In this document: one piece after another, positions 12,405-24,960 of the stretch
Position numbering within the stretch: the stretch's first letter is position 1
How the letters are laid out: each line of letters starts with the position of its first letter
Assembly: GCA_964187785.1 (NCBI GenBank)
Contig: OZ076409.1
Span: 60,390,001-60,454,000, forward strand
Source: Amphiscolops sp. MND2022
Taxonomy: Eukaryota
Direction of reading: 5' to 3'
DNA: 64,000 bases
Notes under the pieces: generated by a model
The model's input: only the letters and a program-made list of their open reading frames with translations
Databases searched by the model: none
Told to the model about the DNA's origin: nothing
Made by a program: the position numbers and the translations under genes

Positions 12405-12898
12405 GGTATGCGGAAAACTCGTCGAAAACAACTCGCCGAATGCAACTCGTCGAAAACAACTCGTCGAAAATAAAGGGCGGAAAACTGGTCGAAAATTAAC
12501 TCGTCGAATGATAATTAAGTGCAAACTCGTCGAATACTTACAGGTTACCCACTGGGATGATTCAGTTCTAATTATGATTTAATTTTCGTTAATTGATGCG
12601 TAAAATCTCAAGTTTTACGCAGAATATAGCCCCTTTTTAGTTATATAATTGCTTGAAATGATTCACTTTTATAGTTTACAGTGTAATACTTCATAATAAT
12701 TTAGAACTCCATAACACGGTATGATCACAAAGCTAGCACTATATTTGCCTGAGATTATTTTCTATTCTTGCGACGAGTTTTCCGCCGGAAATTTTTCGGC
12801 GAGTTGCTTTTCGACGAGTTTTCCGCCTAGTATTTTCGACGAGTTGTTTTCGGCGAGTTGTTTTCGACGAGTTGTTTTCGACGAGTTTTCCTAGATTC
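12405..12898. mobile_element. Foldback-type (Mutator/MULE-like) non-autonomous element, 494 bp
   Basis: Long inverted arms (~12411-12533 and ~12771-12891) built from 14-bp AACTCGTCGAAAAC units. Exact 9-bp direct repeat AATACTTGC at 12396-12404 and 12899-12907. The element starts with G and ends with C. Confidence 0.88.
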
Positions 12899-14447
12899 AA
12901 TACTTGCCTATCTTGATTATCAAGATATCTTGGCTTAAGACTCAAATACATTGGAACAAATATATATATTGTATTGTACAAAACCAAAAGAAATGTTTAA
13001 TTCATTCATTGTCGATATACTAAAATTCAATATATATTATTTACATTCCTTTTAGAGATCTCTATTTATAAACATTCCAAATTTATCATCATAAAAATTG
13101 TGAAAGATGTAGTCAATTGAAAATTTTCAAAGAATTCACAAAAAAACGAGAACTTTTTTCGATTTCGAGTATGCAACCTCGTATGGCACTCAGAAAAATT
13201 AAGAGATTTTTGTCTGAAAAAGTTTGATTGACATCTTGTGGTTGAGCACTAATTAATTATTTAGTTAATTGAATTGACTGTCCAATGATCTGACAGGTAC
13301 TTGTCTTGATTTGACCTTTTTTCGATCATCATTCTTCGAGGCTTCAATCTGTCAAAACCATAGAGAGCACGAACTTTTTTTTCCAAAGCTGAAAAACTTT
13401 TAGGCATAAGCTGGGACTTGGTTTCGAATTTCGTCCTTCAATGCCTTCAATCGTTTTTACATCAGCTTTTTCACGAGAAAAAATCACGAGAGAATATCAT
13501 TTCAAAGCAACTTTTTCAGCTAGATTACGTTCGTTCGATCGGAGAGTATTCGAGTCGGTTTGAACATACATGAGTTTTGCACCGCAAAAAAATTAATATA
13601 AAAATTTTGCTACAAGCGGAAATTATTTTAGAATATGACGGCAAAAATTAATCACCTATCAAAAGAAATAATTGCGCAGATTTCCATGAATCATTCAAAC
13701 GCCGAAACATGTTATTTAAAGTTGGCACTTACGTCGAAATTTCAGCGTGGTTAGATTTCTAGAAGTTGGAAAAGTAATGAGATGACTTTTGCGCCTTTGA
13801 TGTGGCAGAATAAATTTACTGAGCGATTTTCGGCGTCAATAATTGTGTTTGTTAAACGCAAAAACATCAAAAACGAATCAAGTCTTGCGTCTATAGCTAA
13901 TGTTTGATTGCTGAGTCAAGATGCAAGATAAAACAGCAGAAAACGATCAAACGCTGTTTGTGACAGTTCTTCAAAGAATCTGTAACAGTTTCGATTCGGT
14001 TTGAACTTTTGAACTAACTGACAATAAAACCTGCAGCCCAGTTTGGGAAAAGGAAAAAGGGGGAAAATATTGATATAAAATACTGGCTCAAGTTAAGAAG
14101 TTGGTAAATATTGAAAAAGAAACGAAGAAAATTAATGATATTTTCGATCCTTGTGATCTTTGATACTTTCAGATAAGAATTTTCATCGTATCGTAATTTG
14201 TGATCAGTCACCACAAAGAATTTTTTTTCGATTTTTTTCGTTGTTTCGATAACTTTGTCACTTTCAGAAGTAATTTGGTTGAGTCGCTTTTTGAACAAGA
14301 CGCCCGCTGAGCACCGGTATATCTTCCGGCGTGAAATATTTTAAGGACAACATACGCTATGGTACTTAGAAACTAAAGTTAGTTAATTTCACACGCGAAA
14401 ATGTTGAAAGCGCGTCATTTAATCGGAGGATATTTTTTTAGTTTCCA

Positions 14448-15036
14448 TTTTTAGTCGGCGCATTTCAATAAAATGAGCCCGACTATTACAGTGATAAGTT
14501 TTTTTCTTTCTTTTTCGTCAGACAACAGAATGTATGCGTAGTGGACACTTTTTCTACAGAACTACTAAACTACTGGACCGGCAAGCGGAAACCCATTTAA
14601 GGTAGTGCAAAGTCCCCCTTTCGTGTACTCAATTTTTAACGGAAGATACAAAACCGGACGGGACTCTAGGGTCCCGATTTTTTTCGGTCCTCTGCGACTT
14701 TTTTCGAATTTTTATGTCGTCAAGGGGTCCCCCCTTCAAGTTTTTTTGATATTTTGCAGCAAACGGAAGTTTCAAAAAGCCCAAAGGGTCCCCCTTTCTA
14801 CTTTTTCGGCACTGTGAGACTCTTTCAAAATTCTCATTTTTCGTTTTCCGTAAATTTTTAAAAACTTTTTTCGAATTTTTTAAAGGTCTCCAAAGGGTCC
14901 CCATTCAACTTTTTTGATATTTTGCAACAATCTGGATTTTCAAAAAATTGAAAGGGTCCCCCTTTTATAATTTTAAAAACTTTGTGCTTTTTGAGCTTTA
15001 GACATAGCGCCGACTTTAGACGTTCCCGTCTTGTTT
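14448..15036 (+). mobile_element. Helentron-associated (HINE/DINE-1-like) non-autonomous element
   Basis: 5' T-run, subTIR TAGTCGGCGC (14452), nearby inverted copy GCCCGACTA (14477), central AAGGGTCCCC-containing repeats, 3' subTIR GCGCCGACT (15007), stem-loop AGACG-TTCC-CGTCT (15018-15031), then TGTTT. Confidence 0.75.
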
Positions 15037-15498
15037 ATTTATTTCATTCTTAGAAGTTCTAGTCATAAAATGATGAAAATCAAAGAATTTTCAATCAGTA
15101 TGACAATGATACATTTCGCTTAAGGAGTCAATGAAAAGTTTTAGGTAACTTAAACCTGCTAAACGAAAAGCGTCTTGAATCTTATTACGAATTAGATGAC
15201 CAAAACGATGCTTGCTATTTGAACCACGAAAACGGAACCCAAAAGTTTCATTCATCGGAAATGTAATACTTCTGGAAAAGACGCTGAAAAAAAAATTAGA
15301 TCTGAAAAAAATTAGCGCAGAAAAAAATCTTCAACTATGGATGCTGCGAATCTTCAGCAAAAATTTATGTCTTTCACACTGTTTCGTTAGTCACGCATGG
15401 CCAGAACCCGACAAAACTGACTCAAATTAGACAGTAGGCATCCTTTTAGACGTTAATTGGTTAATTAAGGCGAGACGTTTTTGTATAATTACAATATC

Positions 15499-15600
15499 GT
15501 GTGAAATGGGCGTGGGATGAAATGAACGTTGGGTGAATATAACTTGAGATTAAATGATCGTGGTGTGAAATGATTTCGGGGTGAAATAAACGCACACCCG
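15499..15600. repeat. Degenerate short-period tandem repeat (GTGAAATG-like units), possibly one arm of an old foldback element
   Basis: Recurrent GTGAAAT/GATGAAATG/GGTGAAT at roughly 15-bp spacing. No partner arm was found. Confidence 0.35.
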
Positions 15601-17259
15601 AAACTACAAACCAAAGACAACAACGAGATTTATTGCCCTGAGTCTGCGTCAAAATGCTTGAAAGTTTTCAAAAAAGCTGTTTTGAAAAGTTGCGAAATTT
15701 CAAAAAGCTGTCCAACTTGAAATCAAGAGAACAAGGCCACATATATAAAACTTGTTCTTTTAAACGTTTTTAACTGCGACTAGCATTTTAAAGACTTTGT
15801 GCAACATATTTCAAAAAGTGCTAACATCGCGAAAAGGTTAAAAAATTTTCTGAGACTCATCAGGTTTTCAAGATTTTCGCTATCAATTCAATTGTCTTTA
15901 GTTTCTTGGTATCCCTTTGTATCTCTAAGGCTCCAGCGTAGTAGCTAAACTAGGAAACTTGCACAAAACATTTATAAACAGATCGAAACGTTTGATAATT
16001 TCGACTTCTTTCGTTCATTGAAGAATTTTCTCATTGAAAACTTTTTCTCTTTTTAAAAGGCGCTCACTTTTCTTCATTTGTACTCTGGTTTAAAAACCCA
16101 TCAAAACATTCAACAATCCCGGAACAGCCCGCGTCGGTGCCCCGCTTGATGCTCAAAAAGAGCAACGACTCTTGAATATACTCAAGAACAATTATTGGGA
16201 AACCCTCTGTACTGTCACAGCACCAAAAGGTTCTTTTGAGGCTCCAAAAGACTTCTTCCCTACTGAAAAACTAAAAAAAAAACACAATTCGGTGTAAAAT
16301 TCTATCCCTATTTTTTTAAAAACAGAAACAACTGTTTCGGAAAATGTTTTGCCTAAAATGTTTTTCACCCAAAACTTATCTTTTGCGTTTCAAGCAGCTT
16401 TTGGAAGATAAGCGCGAAAGGATGTTATTGAAGAAGAGAAGGAACAGAGAAGGAATTAGTTTTAAAAACAATACAAATACATAGCCTTCAACACCAAATG
16501 TTACTGTTAATCACTTGAAATCACCTTTAAGGTCGACCTTGGCACCTCAATTGATCAAAAGGGAATGAGCTTCGATCACATATTATATACTCGACTGATT
16601 TCGACTATTCTCCCACTCATTCAAGTTCTTGAAAGTAGTTGTGGTTGCAATGATTCTCATGAGACGCTCGCTGAGCACCGGAGTTTTTCCTCTATGAAGT
16701 CTTTCAAAAGCATATTTTCAGGGCCCAGGCGTAGCCAAGCATGTTTTTTTATTAGCGAGAAACGGAAAACATTCGAAAACTATACAAAAGTTGCACAGGG
16801 TTCAAAAACAAAACTATTCGTCCCTTTAGTTGTTAGGAACAGTTTTTACCAAACCGGGAATGGCATAAGGCTCAAAAAGATTAAGAGTACTTCAAAGCGT
16901 CAGGAAGCATTTTTGAGAATACTCTAAATTTAAAAGTGCCAAAAAACCCAAACGGGGGACTCTTTGAGCTTAAAACGCTCCATGCTGTCCAAAAATATCA
17001 AAACAAATGAAAAAGAGGGGGCCGCTGGATTTTAATTTCGTAACGCCCTGTCTAAATACGACAATGGTATTTTTTGAAAAAAAGCAACACGAATCGAAAA
17101 TTGTCAACTCTTTGAAAACTTATAACATTACCTGCTTCTCATTTTTCGATGACATAAGAGAGCGGACTGAGTTCGAGATTTAAAAATTTAAAGAAGCTTG
17201 GTGAAAACATTCAGAGCAGAAAATTTCACGCAACTCAGTGAGCCCTTTAGAATAAATGG

Positions 17260-18018
17260 AACAAGCCGGGTACGGCATAAGTCGGCGCCATATCTAATGC
17301 TCAAAAATAAAAGGACTTCAAAGTGTCAAGTATTCTTTTGGAGTACCCGAAAAACCAAAAATTTGAACCAAATTGGCGCGCCGGGGGCCGTCATGCCGCC
17401 GGCGCGCCAATTTGGTTCAAATTTTTGGTTTTTGGTTAAAAGGGGGACCCTTTCGAATTTTTTTAACATTCATTGATGCAAACTATCAAAAAATTGAAGG
17501 AGGGACTCTTTGGTGAACTTTTTTTGCGAAAAAATGTCTAACAATGCCAAAAAACTGAAAAGGGGAGGGACCCTTTGGGAGTTTTCAACATCCAATCGGT
17601 CGCCAAGCATCAAAAAAATTGAAAGGGGAAAATTGAGGAGAAAAATTTTGGAAAAAAGTCTCACAATGCCAAAAAACTGAAAAGGGGAGGGACCCTTTGG
17701 GAGTTTTCAACATCCAATCGGTCGCCAAGCATCAAAAAAATTGAAAGGGGAAAATTGAGGAGAAAAATTTTGGAAAAAAGTCTCACAATGCCGAAAAAAT
17801 GAAAGGGGGCCCTTTATTCTCGCCAGGTACTGTGTTACGCGAAAAACAGGAAAAATTTTTTGGTTCAGTTCCTTACGCCAAATGGTTCAATTTGACACCA
17901 TAATATTTCGTTTTGTAGAGAGAAATTTTGTAGAACTAGTTTGGTCAGTTCGTGTGGATTGGAAAAATAAGAGTCACTATGATAGTCGCGTTTCACTTCA
18001 TGAAGCGCCGACTAAAAA
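17260..18018 (-). mobile_element. Helentron-associated (HINE-like) element, second subfamily, containing a perfect hairpin and a tandem duplication
   Basis: Starts AACAAGCCGGGTACGGCATAAGTCGGCGC and ends TAGTCGCG...GCGCCGACTAAAAA. Carries the same internal AAAGGGGGACCC repeats as the other copies. Confidence 0.72.
17541..17792. repeat. 122-bp direct tandem duplication
   Basis: 17541-17662 and 17663-17784 appear identical by eye and are followed by the start of a third unit (ACAATGCC). Confidence 0.9.
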
Positions 18019-21000
18019 GAGACGCAGTGGCTCTGCGATGTTTTTGGTACACTATTACATCAGTGTACACCTTACAACTGGGCACCTTTTAATATTAAAA
18101 ACTTTCCGTAATGAAAAGATTCACAAAAATTTGAATTCGAGTTCATTGCCTAAACATGTTTTCGAAAAAAAGTAGAACAGTGCCGAAATTATCAATAAGT
18201 GAGACCCTTCAGACCTAAAAACAAAAAGAACCGAAGCAGTGACTCTTCAAAAAAAATTAAAAATTGCACAGAGCCGAGAAACATCTTTTTTTTTACATCA
18301 CAGAACTCTCATCAGTCCTTCACAGAGCTCAACCTTATCCAAAGAGGTCACCTTTAGGACTCGCAAAACTGTTTGCTTAACGTAAAACCTCGAAAAACTA
18401 AACATTCTGCGAAAAATTTTTCAAAAAACTTCTTCGGTAAGTCGTACAGTACCGAAAAACTCTAAGGGGGCTCTCTATGCGCGCAAAACGCTTTGTTTTC
18501 GCTGAAAATCAAAATGGGCTGTCCGTTTTAATAATGGGATTTTTCGCATGCAGTAAAAAAAATTTTGTCGAACACACTTACACACAGTGAGACTCACTCA
18601 TCATGATGAGATTTTCCAGCCTTCCATCAATTCTAGTACCTATTGCTGAATTAGGTAGAGGAAGAAAAAGAAAAACGTGCTAAAACCAAGAAAAGGAAAA
18701 ATAATTATCAAAAAAGGAGAATAGTAAATAGAATATACACTTCCTGAATTTTTGGAACTTGTGCGACTTTAGTATTCGAATTCTCACCGCCTTCAAAAAA
18801 TCCCCTTTCAGTAATTCGAAAATTGTTCCAAAATTTTTGTCAAATGTGAAACCGAAAAGTTTCCTTCTTAACTAAAAAGTTTCACAAGTTCAACGAACAT
18901 CATATTGGAAACTGTTGAAACCTATCTTGGATTCGTTTTCAGCTGAATATATAAAAAATTGAGAGAAGTCCTTTTAGTGACAAAGAATTTTCAGAAAAAG
19001 CCGTCCGTATGTATAGTGCTGAAAATCAAAATGATCAACGAACCTGCCGTTAAGAAGCTACTGTAAAATATTTTTTTGTAAATTAATAGCAGGAAATTTG
19101 AACTAATCGCGAGGAATTCATATTGAGCTCACTCGCTTTCAGGAATGAAAATAACCAGGGGTCATAATCAATTTTCTCGAGATTTTTTCGGTTTAGTTTT
19201 CGTTTCAAGTTTTTCTGATTTACCAAGTTGTAAAGCCTAAAGTTGTATCAGCCTAGTTTCACTTCTATGTGGTATATAGCTTACATGTAGTAGATAATTT
19301 TGAATGTCTAAAATGTACCAACTTTTGCCACATTTTAGAGTTCGCGAAACTAAGGAACGCCTTTCGAAAACTATACTTCCAGCTGACAACAAATGAGCTT
19401 CGGGCGTTTCTCATGAAAAACAGTCGCCTGCATTTTCCCAGTCGTACCAGCAAAATCCTAAATGGTCTTTTGGAGTGTCTATTCATGGTGTATTTTCGAG
19501 GAGACCTTAAATAAACTGGCAAGTGGAAGATACTATTATGAGAATGAAAGAAAGTCAGTCACCAATGTAATAGACCTTATTCATGCTTCACCTTACAATC
19601 ATTCAAGCCCAACAAAGAGTTATTAAAATTTTCCCAATAAATATTACACAGGACGGACGCCCGGTTGACTCTGGGATACTTTGGTCGACCGGTAAAATTC
19701 ATAAAAGGGCCACCCCTAAAATTCTAGTTTGAACTACAGTATAAACAAAGCTCATGAACGTTTGAAAAAAGTGTTCAAAATAAATAAAAAGGTGATGTTT
19801 TTAAATTCATTTTCTCCATATTTAATAGTTAACTCGACGAATAATTTGACCCGAATCAGCCGCGTATGTTGAAAAAATCTTGAAAATGGAAAACCAAAGC
19901 TGGAAAAAGACTCAATTGAAAATTGTTTTAAAAATTGTTCCGGGATTTCTTTCAAAATTGCAATCATTGTTTGGGTTGTTTTTCTTATAAGCCTTCACTC
20001 CATGTTCAACACTTTTCCCTTTAAATGTTTAGGATTGCCTATACAGCATGATTGTTGCTATGATTAATATATCCACCAGAACCTCTTTTAGTTATTTGTA
20101 ATCTCTTGACTGTAATTGTAAAAACTTGACTGTAATTTTCTGATTAATACTCTTTACACTGGGATGGATCAGACGAGACATCTAAAAATCGATAGGAATT
20201 ATTAGTCATTTGAGATATGACAAGCGCAAAATTACTTTCGAGCAGCATTTTGGGAATAGGTTAATTCAAGATTTTCCACCTTTTGCTTTGATATTTAGAT
20301 AACAACTGAAAACGCCGACATTACGGAACGATTTCTGACTGAATTTTTTGTCCGTTTTCTGTTTCTCCGAAATTCGTGCAACTTTTGAAGGAAATCTTTC
20401 CTATTACGTTTTCACAGTTTCTTCATAAAGAAGCTTGGCAACGTTTAGCTGCATGAGCAATGATGATTTCAAGTTTAAAAGAAATACGAAGCAACTGCGA
20501 TCAAATTCTGATAGCAAATACTTTATCCGTTTTTTTTCTCGAGAAAAATGTATCAAATTGGAATACTAAACAGGTGAAGGCACTCGGTTTCGCTAACGGT
20601 GAAAAATAATGAAATTTCCAATAATAAGTTGACAAGAAAGTCCGACGAGCAAAATTTCGATCAGAATTACAGGGGTATTTTTGTTTATAAAAGGGTTATA
20701 TGATAGCTTTTTTAGTTTCTGCATTTTTCCGAAATTTGTTGTTCAATTTCTCGAAAGCAAAAAACGCCAGATACAAACTTTGTACATTTGATTCAGATCT
20801 CTTGAACATAACATTTTTTCCTGAAATTGCTGTCCTTGAAAATTTGCATCGCAAAACTCCCACAAAATATGTGGCTGTTCGTTCGTCAAGATAGAATTTT
20901 CAAAAACAGTCTTTAAAATGAAAGTTTTATGTCACAGAATAGTTTTTAATTCGACTCCAAAGCAAAGAATTTTGTAATAATTTATCAAAATTGGAGAAAC

Positions 21001-22299
21001 GTTTGTTTCTGGAACTTTTTTGTCAAACGCATGTCCTAAGAAAAAGAAAAGCGCTTTTGAAGGCTTTACCTGTGATATTAGTTGTCTTTAGCTTTTTGGT
21101 ACAGTAGTGTATGACAGACGAGATCGTCTCAAGTCGGAGCCCAGCTTCATATCTCATGCGTTAAGTCGCCTAATATGCTCATAGTGGTTATTGGAAAAAC
21201 TTTCAACAATCTCAAGGCGCTAAAAATGCTCATTAAGACACTTTTATGCTCGCGAAATGCGTTTGCTTAATTCGAAGCATGTGAAACTTTAGTTGGTGGG
21301 GTAATTAGAACAAAAATTTACCGAACTAAATCGTAGAGTGCTGAAAGATCCAGAGGGACGCTTTGTTTTCATAAATGGGTGGAATTTTAGAAAACAGTAA
21401 GTTGCGGGATCGAAGCCCTTCGAAAGTTGGAGCCAAAGCATTACGCAAACTGCCATATTCCATATCGGGTATCAGTTTTTGTGGCTCTCAAGTCTATCGT
21501 TTATCGTACTAAAAAAACTATGCAATTTTGGTGGTTTTAGTTTTTACCACAAGACGCCCGCTGAGCAGCGATATATTTTCCACCCCAAACTGTTCTACAA
21601 CGACATAAATTTGATGCTCAAGAATAGCTAATGCAAAGAAGTTCGAAGGAAAAAGTTTTGATTCATCTTCGCACATTTTTAAAGCAAACACTTGATTTAA
21701 AAACACGCTAAGTACCTAATTGTTTTGTTGTTCAGCATTTTTTTCGATAACACCTGGTCTACCAGAAGTTCTACTTTTCAGTTAAATTTCTCACTGCTAC
21801 TTGACCTAGTGCTTAACGCGGAATTTCTGCATTGTTAGAAGCAAGGATACGTGGGTTCAAGTCTCGCACTCAACCGAAGCCGTTTTTCTGTTGCAAAAGT
21901 AGGAGAAGACCGAAGGGCCCCATTTTAGAACTTTTTCGGTTATATGCGACGTTTTTCATACTTTTTTGCAAACACTATTTTTGCAAACCACAACGTTGTG
22001 CAAGCATAGCTGGCCACTTTTCGTTTTTTCGCGCTCGTCTTCCGAAACATTCATCTGGTCGAAGGGTACCCCTCACTTTCAAAGTTGATTTCACCTTGAG
22101 AAAAGGCGTTTTGCGAGCTGAAACCGTATTCGGCACCAAAGGATTTTCCCGAAAAAACACTTAGAAAGGATTTTTGTTTTTCTGTTGGAAAAAGTGGTTT
22201 CTGAATCTCAGGCGTATTTTGTTATAAAGGGCCGGTCCAGGTTTGTTATATCATTGCACAGAACGTCACCAGAAGTGTCAAAAGTTGGAGAAGTTTGAA

Positions 22300-24400
22300 A
22301 TTTTTGACAACTTTGTGGTCAATTTGACTAACTTTTCCAATATGAAACTACAGATGTATCATTTAAAAAGCCTAATGGAAACCGAGTTTGGTTGTTGAAT
22401 TTTCACACCGTTCTAACCCACGAAATAGCTCGAACAATTTACGAAAAGGTGAAACGAAACGCCACAAACTTACTGATTTTTTGGTCATTCTCAGCTTTTT
22501 TTCATAACTGAGGAACCGCAAAAACAATTTTTCTGGAAAGCGTACTCCATACCTTATGATTTTGCTCGGAGCGTTTTGAAATAGTCCAAAATTGAGACAT
22601 GACGTCAAAATTGAGAAAATTCTGAAATTTTAAGACCTTCGTTGTCACGTTCGAGGAACGTTTTCACACTTTCTTTCACAAATTGCATTTTGAATACACT
22701 ATTCGTTTAACGTTCAGGTCAATCGATAGTCTATTGTATAAAAATATTCGTGGTTTGAACAAAGTTTTGGGATTACTGTTTTTTGTCGTTTTTTGGATTT
22801 TGAGGTGTTTCTGAGATTAACTCTAACAACAAATTGCAGTTATATTTTCAAAAACGCCAAGTGGATACCCAAATTAGTCATTGCTGAACTTTTTGAACCG
22901 CATTATGCAAGTAAGTTGCTCAAAAAATCTACAGTAAAGTCCATAAAACCGTTAAAAAACGTAAAAAACCGTGAAACTCAGAGTGTTCGCTTGGGTCTTT
23001 TTTCGGAAATTTTCATCCATTGTGTGTTCTTTGAAAAGCAAGCTGTGTACCTAGTTATACCATCTGGAGCTCTTCGGAGCTTGTAGTTTGCCAAAACTTT
23101 TTATTTTCTAATAAGAAATCACTGAAACAGTCAGGAGTCAGCAAAAAAAAGACATTTCCGACATTTGCGGTCAATTTTGAGCCATTTTCCAACCGAAGAC
23201 TGCAAAACCGTCCCAAATAACCTACTGGATTTCAAGTTCAGTAGTTGTTGATCGTTTTCTAACATTTTGACTCCAAAAAAAAATCAGAAAGTTTATTTAG
23301 GTTGCATAAAAACGAAGTTATTGAAAAATTTTGACTGAATTGGAGTCATTTTGAAGTGATTTGAAGCAAAACGCTGCAACATTCATGCCAAATAGGGTAC
23401 TGCATAGTTTTTTGTTGAAATTTGCACCTCCTGGAACTTCTAGTGCATGAAAATTATGGAAAATTGTGCAGAACTTGCAAACAAAACAACCAAGTTTGAA
23501 AATTTTGCATTTTTTGACAACTTCAGGGTCAATTTGATGATTTTTTCTTTCACAAATTGTTTTTATCATATTACAAAAGCCTACTGAAACAACGAATTCT
23601 TCCATTGTTTAAGAGCATCATTATTCTGATTCACGAAGTCTCAAATGGTCGGAAAATAATTGAAAAGAACTAGTGAAAATCGGAAAATTTTGGAAAAATT
23701 GTCTTTTTCTGTGTCAGTCCGAGACACTGGTCAGTTGACAAACCAACACTCATCTCTTCAGTAAGCCTACTGGACAACAAACTCTTTCCTTTGTTGAGTC
23801 TTCTCAACATTCCAATCCACGAATTCTGTCGAAAATTTGACAAAACTTTTTTATTCAGCAAACCGCAATTATCTTTTCCGAAAAGCCTACTGGACAACAA
23901 TTTTTTACCTTCTTGAACGTTTTCAACATCATAATCTACGACCTCTATCGCGAATTTGAACAAAATTGCTTTTAAATGTTAAAACAAGAAATTTTTACAT
24001 TTTTTTTGATTTTTGGGGTCGCTTTGGGTCATTTTCTTTTCAAAAAACCACATTTATCTCTTCCTAAAGGACTACTGGACAGCAAAATCTTTCCTTGTTG
24101 AACGTTTTCAACACTCTAATCCACGGAAAAAATACTGTATTTTCATCAAAACGTTAAAAATCAAAAAGTTTTGGATTTTTAGTATTTTTTGGTTCATTTT
24201 GGGTCCTTTTCATTCAAAAAACCGCGTTTATCTCTTGATAAACGACTACTGGACAAAAACTTTTTGCCTGGTTGAACGTTTTCAACATTCTATTTCACGA
24301 TGTTTATCAAAACGTTGACAAAGATTGCATAAAAAAGTTGAAAATTGGAAAATTTTGGAGTTTTTGTTGTTTTCGGTGTTATTTTGGGTCATTATGGGCT
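22300..24400 (+). repeat. Degenerate long-period (~120-190 bp) tandem/satellite-like array
   Basis: Recurring CTACTGGACAA...TTGAACGTTTTCAACA...AATCCACG module at ~23767, 23886, 24072 and 24246, with more diverged units upstream. Boundaries are approximate. Confidence 0.6.
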
Positions 24401-24727
24401 CATTTTTGTCATTTCCTAAATTTCAATTTGAATATAAATTTGGTGTTTGGCAAATTTTGTAAAAAAACGTTTAATTTAAAAAATTTCCTTCCCCATAGGA
24501 ATATGGGCGGAAAATACAAAGCGGCAAATTAACAAATTTAAGACTGAGTCACTGCAAGCAAGAAAAGTCGGATGCTGAGATCGATCCAAATATTCATTTT
24601 ATGGTTGCTTTATCTTGCTGCACAAGGTCTTTTATACTACTGAAATCCTAGTACTGTAGGAAACATAAGTTCGAACGTTTTCCGGTAGCTTTAGTTTCAA
24701 ACGAGAGATGTCCAGGTTTCAAGTTTC

Positions 24728-24960
24728 AACAAACTGGGAACGGGCCAAGTCAGCGCCACGTCCAAGGCTCACAAAATAGCAAAATTATTTCAAAGTGTCA
24801 AGTATTTGCTTCTGCAGAACCCGAAAAATTTAAAGTTGGATCGAATTGGCTTTTTTTAACATCCATTTTGTTGATCAAAATTGAAGGGGGACTCTTTGAA
24901 TACACTTAAAAATTTTTCGAGAAAAGTCTCACAAACCCGAAAAAAAGGCAAAAAATACCC
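24728..24960 (-). mobile_element. Truncated HINE-like fragment
   Basis: AACAAACTGGGAACGGGCCAAGTCAGCGCC...TTCAAAGTGTCAAGTATT is collinear with 17260-17380. Further diverged ends of this family occur at ~1155, ~16121, ~25015 and ~59006. Confidence 0.55.

Noticed and set aside
12411..12891. Regularly spaced short repeats superficially like a CRISPR array
   Set aside because: The units are contiguous 14-mers without unique spacers and form inverted arms bounded by a 9-bp TSD. The context is eukaryotic with no cas genes.
21805..21875. tRNA-like A/B-box fragments (GGGTTCAAGTCT here; weaker ones at ~7745-7805 and ~21400-21455 minus)
   Set aside because: No cloverleaf could be built. At most these are decayed SINE heads, too weak to call.
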